From positions 68,556-132,555 of the forward strand of contig JAJACP010000003.1 in the NCBI GenBank assembly GCA_022601445.1: a stretch of DNA of 64,000 nucleotides, given 5' to 3'. Every line of letters begins with the position of its first letter. Within the stretch, counting starts at the first letter, position 1. This stretch comes from Chlamydiales bacterium. Its GTDB lineage: Bacteria > Chlamydiota > Chlamydiia > Chlamydiales > JAAKFR01. This document shows positions 59,539-64,000 of this stretch, piece by piece. Position numbers and translations under genes: made by a program. The notes under the pieces are model-generated. The model was not told where the DNA came from. It ran no database searches and saw only the letters and a list, made by a program, of their open reading frames with translations.

Positions 59539-59602
59539 GCTGCATTGAAAAACTCAAGATGCTCAGACCTAGATCTGAAAGTCTTGAATTTTTCAATACA
59601 GC
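59539..59602 (-). promoter_or_regulatory. Long stem-loop between rpsO and pnp
   Basis: ~29-bp stem on the minus strand, GCTGTATTGAAAAATTCAAGACTTTCAGA / TCTGAGCATCTTGAGTTTTTCAATGCAGC, with G-U pairs, followed by CCTTTTTT. Confidence 0.7.
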
Positions 59603-59636
59603 TTGTGAGAGTTGAGGTAGGAACCCGCTCAAGAAA

Positions 59637-59906
59637 TTACTTTCTTAGGTTCAACCGTTTAATGAGGTTCTTATATCTCTCGGTATCTGTAGAATTGAGA
59701 TACTCGAGGAGTTTGCGCCTTTGTCCAACGAGTTTTAGTAGGGCAAGACGTGAGTTATGATCCTTAGGGGATCGCTTTAAATGGTCTGTCAGCTCGGCAA
59801 TGCGCTCTGTTAAAATGGCGATTTGGACGTCTGCGGACCCGGTATCTTTCTCGTGAAGTTGAAACTTTTTTGTGATTTCTTCTTTTGTGCCTTTATCTAG
59901 CGACAT
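59637..59906 (-). CDS. rpsO: 30S ribosomal protein S15
   Basis: [36 protein letters not shown]. Confidence 0.98.
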   Translation of the reverse strand: MSLDKGTKEEITKKFQLHEKDTGSADVQIAILTERIAELTDHLKRSPKDHNSRLALLKLVGQRRKLLEYLNSTDTERYKNLIKRLNLRK

Positions 59907-59956
59907 TTAAAAAATCTCCCGATTTATTCGTGTGTGAACATCCATTATATCGTAAC

Positions 59957-60196
59957 CTACACTTTCGTGTCGAGAATAACTTCAATAAAGTCTCTGTGGA
60001 CACCCGAAGGGTCTTTGCGCATGACAATTTTAAACGGGATGGTGATCTGTCCCACATGCTTAGCATGAGACAAATCTGCATAGATCTTTTTTTTGAGAGC
60101 GTCTGAAACAGGCTCCAGAGCATATTTGGAGAGGATTTTTCTCACTTCTTCCTGTTGCTGATCAGGATCGATCTCTTTGCCATAAAATGGTTCCAC
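59957..60196 (-). CDS. Hypothetical protein
   Basis: 79-aa ORF co-oriented with and just upstream of rpsO. Confidence 0.55.
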   Translation of the reverse strand: MEPFYGKEIDPDQQQEEVRKILSKYALEPVSDALKKKIYADLSHAKHVGQITIPFKIVMRKDPSGVHRDFIEVILDTKV

Positions 60197-60259
60197 TAGA
60201 AAAACCTGCTTTTGTTATAACTGGATACCTTACAGAACCTCTTGGTTAAAGGAAAGAGT

Positions 60260-60916
60260 ATGCTAAAAGAGACAGGTTATCAGGAAAAATTTGAATTGTT
60301 GCGCCCTTGGCTCGGCCGCGTGATCGAAACTGTTAAAAAAGACTTGAGAAATGAGCATTTGAAGGTGGATCGGGAGTTTTGCAAGCGCTATTTTCTCGGC
60401 AAGAATTTCCATCGCATTTCTCTCGAAGAGATGGCTGAGGCCTACTACAAGGACATACAGGGTGGAAACACGGGGCTTGGAGAGTTCATTACCTCCCGTT
60501 GGCTTTTAAAGAATACGGATGTTTATGGTTTTTTTGAGAAGCAACTGCTGGCTATTTCAGAGGATTTTGATGCGCTCGACGCACTTCCTGAAGAGGTAGC
60601 AACTTCTCTTTTAGAAGGATCCGTGCAGACATTTGGTCCCATTAAGACGTATCTGTTTGCGGTGTTAAATTCAGTTGTTTTTCCTGAGAAGCTGTATGAG
60701 GATCTCAGGAACCAAGCGGAAAATGAGAGTAAAAAAGAAGAAGAAAAAGTGGTGGCTGAGTCTCTTGCGGTCATGCAGAAGCGGCATCGACGAGAGCTCT
60801 CTGCCCTCACTGATCGTTATGAGAAGAAACTCAGTGGACTGCAGCGTAAGTATCTGAAAGATACGGAAGGATTAAAGGAGCAGGTGAGTCAACTTCAAAA
60901 GAAGCTGTCTTCATGA
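60260..60916 (+). CDS. Hypothetical protein with C-terminal coiled coil
   Basis: Clean ORF whose stop overlaps the tadA start (ATGA). Confidence 0.7.
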   Translation: MLKETGYQEKFELLRPWLGRVIETVKKDLRNEHLKVDREFCKRYFLGKNFHRISLEEMAEAYYKDIQGGNTGLGEFITSRWLLKNTDVYGFFEKQLLAISEDFDALDALPEEVATSLLEGSVQTFGPIKTYLFAVLNSVVFPEKLYEDLRNQAENESKKEEEKVVAESLAVMQKRHRRELSALTDRYEKKLSGLQRKYLKDTEGLKEQVSQLQKKLSS

Positions 60917-61368
60917 CTCTATCAGATGAACACTTTATGCGCGAGGCGTTGAAAGAGGCGCGCAAAGCGTATCGTGATGAAGAGGTTCCGGTTGGCGCGG
61001 TTCTCGTGCATGAAGAGAGGGTCATTGCACGCGGCCACAACCAGGTCGAGCTTCTCAAAGATGCAACAGCTCATGCGGAGATGCTCTGCATGGGGGCAGG
61101 CGCTCAGGCGCTTAACAACTGGCGTCTTTTAGACACAACTCTCTATTGTACAATCGAACCGTGTGTGATGTGTGCAGGCGCGCTTCTTCTATCTCGTGTT
61201 AAACGGCTTGTATGGGGAGCGCCAGATATCAGGCATGGCGCTAATGGGAGTTGGTTTGATCTTTTCTCCCACACGCACCCAACTCACCAAGTTGACATCA
61301 CCTCGGGGGTTTTAGCCGGCGAGTGTGGAGCGTTGATGCAGGATTTTTTCCGTATGAGGCGTCAGTGA
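60913..61368 (+). CDS. tadA: tRNA adenosine(34) deaminase
   Basis: EVPVGAV, DATAHAE, EPCVMCAGA. Confidence 0.95.
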   Translation: MTLSDEHFMREALKEARKAYRDEEVPVGAVLVHEERVIARGHNQVELLKDATAHAEMLCMGAGAQALNNWRLLDTTLYCTIEPCVMCAGALLLSRVKRLVWGAPDIRHGANGSWFDLFSHTHPTHQVDITSGVLAGECGALMQDFFRMRRQ

Positions 61369-61589
61369 AAGAGAAGCTCTCCGCCCTTTTAGATGAAATA
61401 ATTGCTGAGCAGCAGGAGAAAGTGTTGAAGTGTGGGCGTTATTTTGTGCCTACATTAACATCTGAGGATGTGCTGCAGCCAAACGACTATCCCGAGCTTG
61501 AAGATAATCCGCACTTCCGTTACGAAGAGGGTGTTTTGGAGGGTATTTTGACTGTAAAAGCGGCTCTAAACGCGCTTAACGACTCTTAG
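61365..61589 (+). CDS. Small hypothetical protein
   Basis: GTG start overlapping the tadA stop; EDVLQPND.PELE.NP.FRYEEG.L.G resembles a conserved chlamydial small protein (recall). Confidence 0.65.
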   Translation: MKEKLSALLDEIIAEQQEKVLKCGRYFVPTLTSEDVLQPNDYPELEDNPHFRYEEGVLEGILTVKAALNALNDS

Positions 61590-62421
61590 AAATCTTATCC
61601 ATTCGTTCCCGCTCTCTTTTGGTTAGAGAGTCTTTTCCTTTCCGGGCAATTTTATCGAGCATGCGGTCCATAAAGGCAGCATCGCTCTCTTGCATTACAG
61701 AAATGTCGATGATCTTACTAGAGCCCTCTCTTTTTTTGCGTCTCGGCAATTCAAGGTTAAGGGGGTAGGGATTCGGAAGTTTCCACACCCCTCTTCCGAT
61801 GCAAAAGCCCCAGACCATGCCGCACACGTCGGCAAAGAAGGGAACAAACTGTCCGTAAGAGAGACTGACCAAAAGAGAGATGCCCAAAAGACAGGCGACT
61901 AGCCATTTGGCTTTGACGCGCACGACAAAAAAGAAGACAAGCTCTAAGTCGGGATAAAGCATTACCCAGGTCATGAGTAGGGCATAGATCGGCGGGCCAC
62001 TTCCCAGTACAACCGACTGGCTGGAAAAGACAAATAGAGCGGCTGCTGCGAGAATTCCAGAGACAATCCCACCTCCAAGATAAAAGAGGAGAAAGGAGCG
62101 ACTACCAAACCGAGAGGCAATTTCAGAGCCAGAAAACCAGAGAAGCAGCATATGAAAGAAAAGCGAGATCAAAAGGGAGAGGGAAATGCCGACGCCTGCA
62201 GCCTGTAGGAAAAAGTAGGTAAGCGGTTGCCAAAGCCAACCTTGCACTAGCCCCCATAAGGAAAGGGTAAACCATTGGGAGGGGCCCGTTATTTTGAAGT
62301 AGTGATTGAGAATAAAAGTGGCAATGGGCGCCAACAACGAAACAAGAACAGTGATCCATATGATCATCTTGACACAGCGGGGCGTTTTGCCGGGTCCTGC
62401 AAACAAAGAGGAAACTTGCAT
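61576..62421 (-). CDS. Rhomboid-like membrane protein
   Basis: WLWQPLTY.F, multiple TM segments, C-terminal MDRMLDKI...G..SLT..ER. Catalytic GxSG/His not canonical. Confidence 0.7.
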   Translation of the reverse strand: MQVSSLFAGPGKTPRCVKMIIWITVLVSLLAPIATFILNHYFKITGPSQWFTLSLWGLVQGWLWQPLTYFFLQAAGVGISLSLLISLFFHMLLLWFSGSEIASRFGSRSFLLFYLGGGIVSGILAAAALFVFSSQSVVLGSGPPIYALLMTWVMLYPDLELVFFFVVRVKAKWLVACLLGISLLVSLSYGQFVPFFADVCGMVWGFCIGRGVWKLPNPYPLNLELPRRKKREGSSKIIDISVMQESDAAFMDRMLDKIARKGKDSLTKRERERMDKISKSR

Positions 62422-62451
62422 GGCTCTAAAAACTTCTCTATAGTGAAGAAA

Positions 62452-63942
62452 ATGTCTACTTTATATCGCCATTCGCTCGCGCTCCTGACCGATCTCTACG
62501 AGCTTACCATGGCCTATGGTTACTGGAAAAGAGAAATGGCCGAAGATGAGGCGGTTTTTCACCTGCTTTTTCGAAAAAATCCCTTTCAGGGAGGGTATAC
62601 CCTAGCTGCGGGGTTACAGAGTGTGATTGAGTATATTCAAAACTGGCGTTTTGAACCCTCTGATCTCGATTATCTATCAACTCTGAAAGCAGAAGGGGGT
62701 GCGCCCCTTTTTGAGGAGGGGTTTTTACGCTACTTAAGCGAAATGCGCTTCACCTGTGATGTGGACGCGGTGCAAGAGGGAGATGTCGTTTTCCCTTTTG
62801 AGCCGATGGTGCGCGTAAAGGGGGCTCTTTTGCAGGCGCAGCTTTTGGAAACGGCTCTGCTGACCCTAACGAATTTTCCCACCCTCATTGCGACAAAAGC
62901 GGCGCGTGTCTCCTTTGCAGCGGGGGGAGATTCTGTTTTGGAATTTGGATTGAGGCGCGCTCAGGGAATCGACGGGGGACTCACCGCCTCTCGCTCAGCC
63001 TACGTAGGAGGGTGTCACGCCACTTCGAATACGCTAGCTGGAAAATTGTATGGAATCCCTGTCAAAGGGACACACGCTCACAGCTGGATCATGGCCTTTG
63101 ATACAGAAAGAGAGGCTTTTCAAGCGTATGCCGAAGCGCTTCCAGAAAATTGTGTCTTTCTAGTCGACACCTATGACTCGATTCAAGGAGTGAAAAATGC
63201 CATTGATGTAGCACATTGGCTAAAAAAAGAGGGGCGCCCCTTTTTAGGAGTGCGCCTGGATTCTGGAGACATCAATTATTTGAGTCGGCAAGCCCGCAAA
63301 CTGATGGATGCAGCGGGATTTCCCGATGCCAAAATTTATGCAAGCAACACCTTAAATGAGATTTTGATTGCCGATCTGAAGCGGCAGGGAGCGCAAGTGG
63401 CCGTCTGGGGGGTGGGAACCAACCTGGTTACAGGGCAATCCCAGTCGGCTTTAGACGGCGTTTATAAGATTTCAGCAATCCGTAAAAAAGGGGCTAAAGA
63501 GTGGAAGTATCGACTTAAGCTCTCTGAGCGGATGACGAAAATCTCCGATCCGGGAATCTTACAAGTGCGCCGCTACTTCACTAAGGATCAAACCTTTATG
63601 GCGGATGCTCTCTACGATATGCACACCGATCTTTCAAAAGGGTGTGAGATTATTGATCCGCTAGATCCCACACGAAGGCGTCAACTCCCTTCTGCTATAG
63701 AATCGCGTGATCTACTCGTTCCGATCTTCCGCGCAGGGGAATGCGTCTACTCGACACCCCCTCTCGATGCGATCCGCGCGTATGGGCAAGGAGAAATGGC
63801 CAAACTCGATGCCAGCATGAAGCGGTTTTACAATCCTCATAGCTATCCGGTGGGGATGGAGAGCTCTCTTTACGCTAAAAAACTAGATTTAATTGACGGC
63901 ATACGCACACGGTTACAGCATGAAAGCACTTCTGATTGTTGA
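62452..63942 (+). CDS. pncB: Nicotinate phosphoribosyltransferase
   Basis: [43 protein letters not shown]. Start at ATG 62452. Confidence 0.95.
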   Translation: MSTLYRHSLALLTDLYELTMAYGYWKREMAEDEAVFHLLFRKNPFQGGYTLAAGLQSVIEYIQNWRFEPSDLDYLSTLKAEGGAPLFEEGFLRYLSEMRFTCDVDAVQEGDVVFPFEPMVRVKGALLQAQLLETALLTLTNFPTLIATKAARVSFAAGGDSVLEFGLRRAQGIDGGLTASRSAYVGGCHATSNTLAGKLYGIPVKGTHAHSWIMAFDTEREAFQAYAEALPENCVFLVDTYDSIQGVKNAIDVAHWLKKEGRPFLGVRLDSGDINYLSRQARKLMDAAGFPDAKIYASNTLNEILIADLKRQGAQVAVWGVGTNLVTGQSQSALDGVYKISAIRKKGAKEWKYRLKLSERMTKISDPGILQVRRYFTKDQTFMADALYDMHTDLSKGCEIIDPLDPTRRRQLPSAIESRDLLVPIFRAGECVYSTPPLDAIRAYGQGEMAKLDASMKRFYNPHSYPVGMESSLYAKKLDLIDGIRTRLQHESTSDC

Positions 63943-64000
63943 TGTGCAAAATGACTTTTTGCCTGGGGGGGCACTTGCGGTGCCGCATGGCGATGAGGTG
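63920..64000 (+). CDS. pncA: Nicotinamidase/pyrazinamidase (5' fragment)
   Basis: Manual translation: [27 protein letters not shown]; runs off the window end. Confidence 0.9.
   Translation, partial: MKALLIVDVQNDFLPGGALAVPHGDEV

Overview
A 64-kb chromosomal segment most consistent with an environmental member of the Chlamydiae. Evidence: a class Ic Mn/Fe NrdB, a three-ATP-cone NrdA, long-form FtsH, Inc-like proteins, and a gene content and order resembling the C. trachomatis CT825-CT846 region as I recall it (nrdB-nrdA, pssA, rmuC, nusB-murB, infC-rpmI-rplT-pheS, tRNA-Ser, large hypothetical, lptGF, tilS, ftsH, pnp, rpsO, tadA). A ~24-kb accessory region with no visible integrase follows tRNA-Ser (about 21.6-45.7 kb). 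It holds partial duplications of the tRNA 3' end, a palindromic element, four divergent AAA_14/DUF4143-type ATPase-nuclease paralogs that each have their own dyad sequence at the 5' end, a TPP-riboswitch-controlled thiamine operon using fungal/Legionella-type THI5, an autotransporter, an LRR protein and a cation-chloride cotransporter. Other notable items: a 378-aa LAGLIDADG intein in NrdA whose +1 residue is Gly rather than Cys/Ser/Thr, a degenerate ThrRS-like ORF starting 2 nt after tRNA-Val, a duplicated Inc-like cluster, and a G7-tract frameshift. All calls come from motif reading and recall; no database searches were run.
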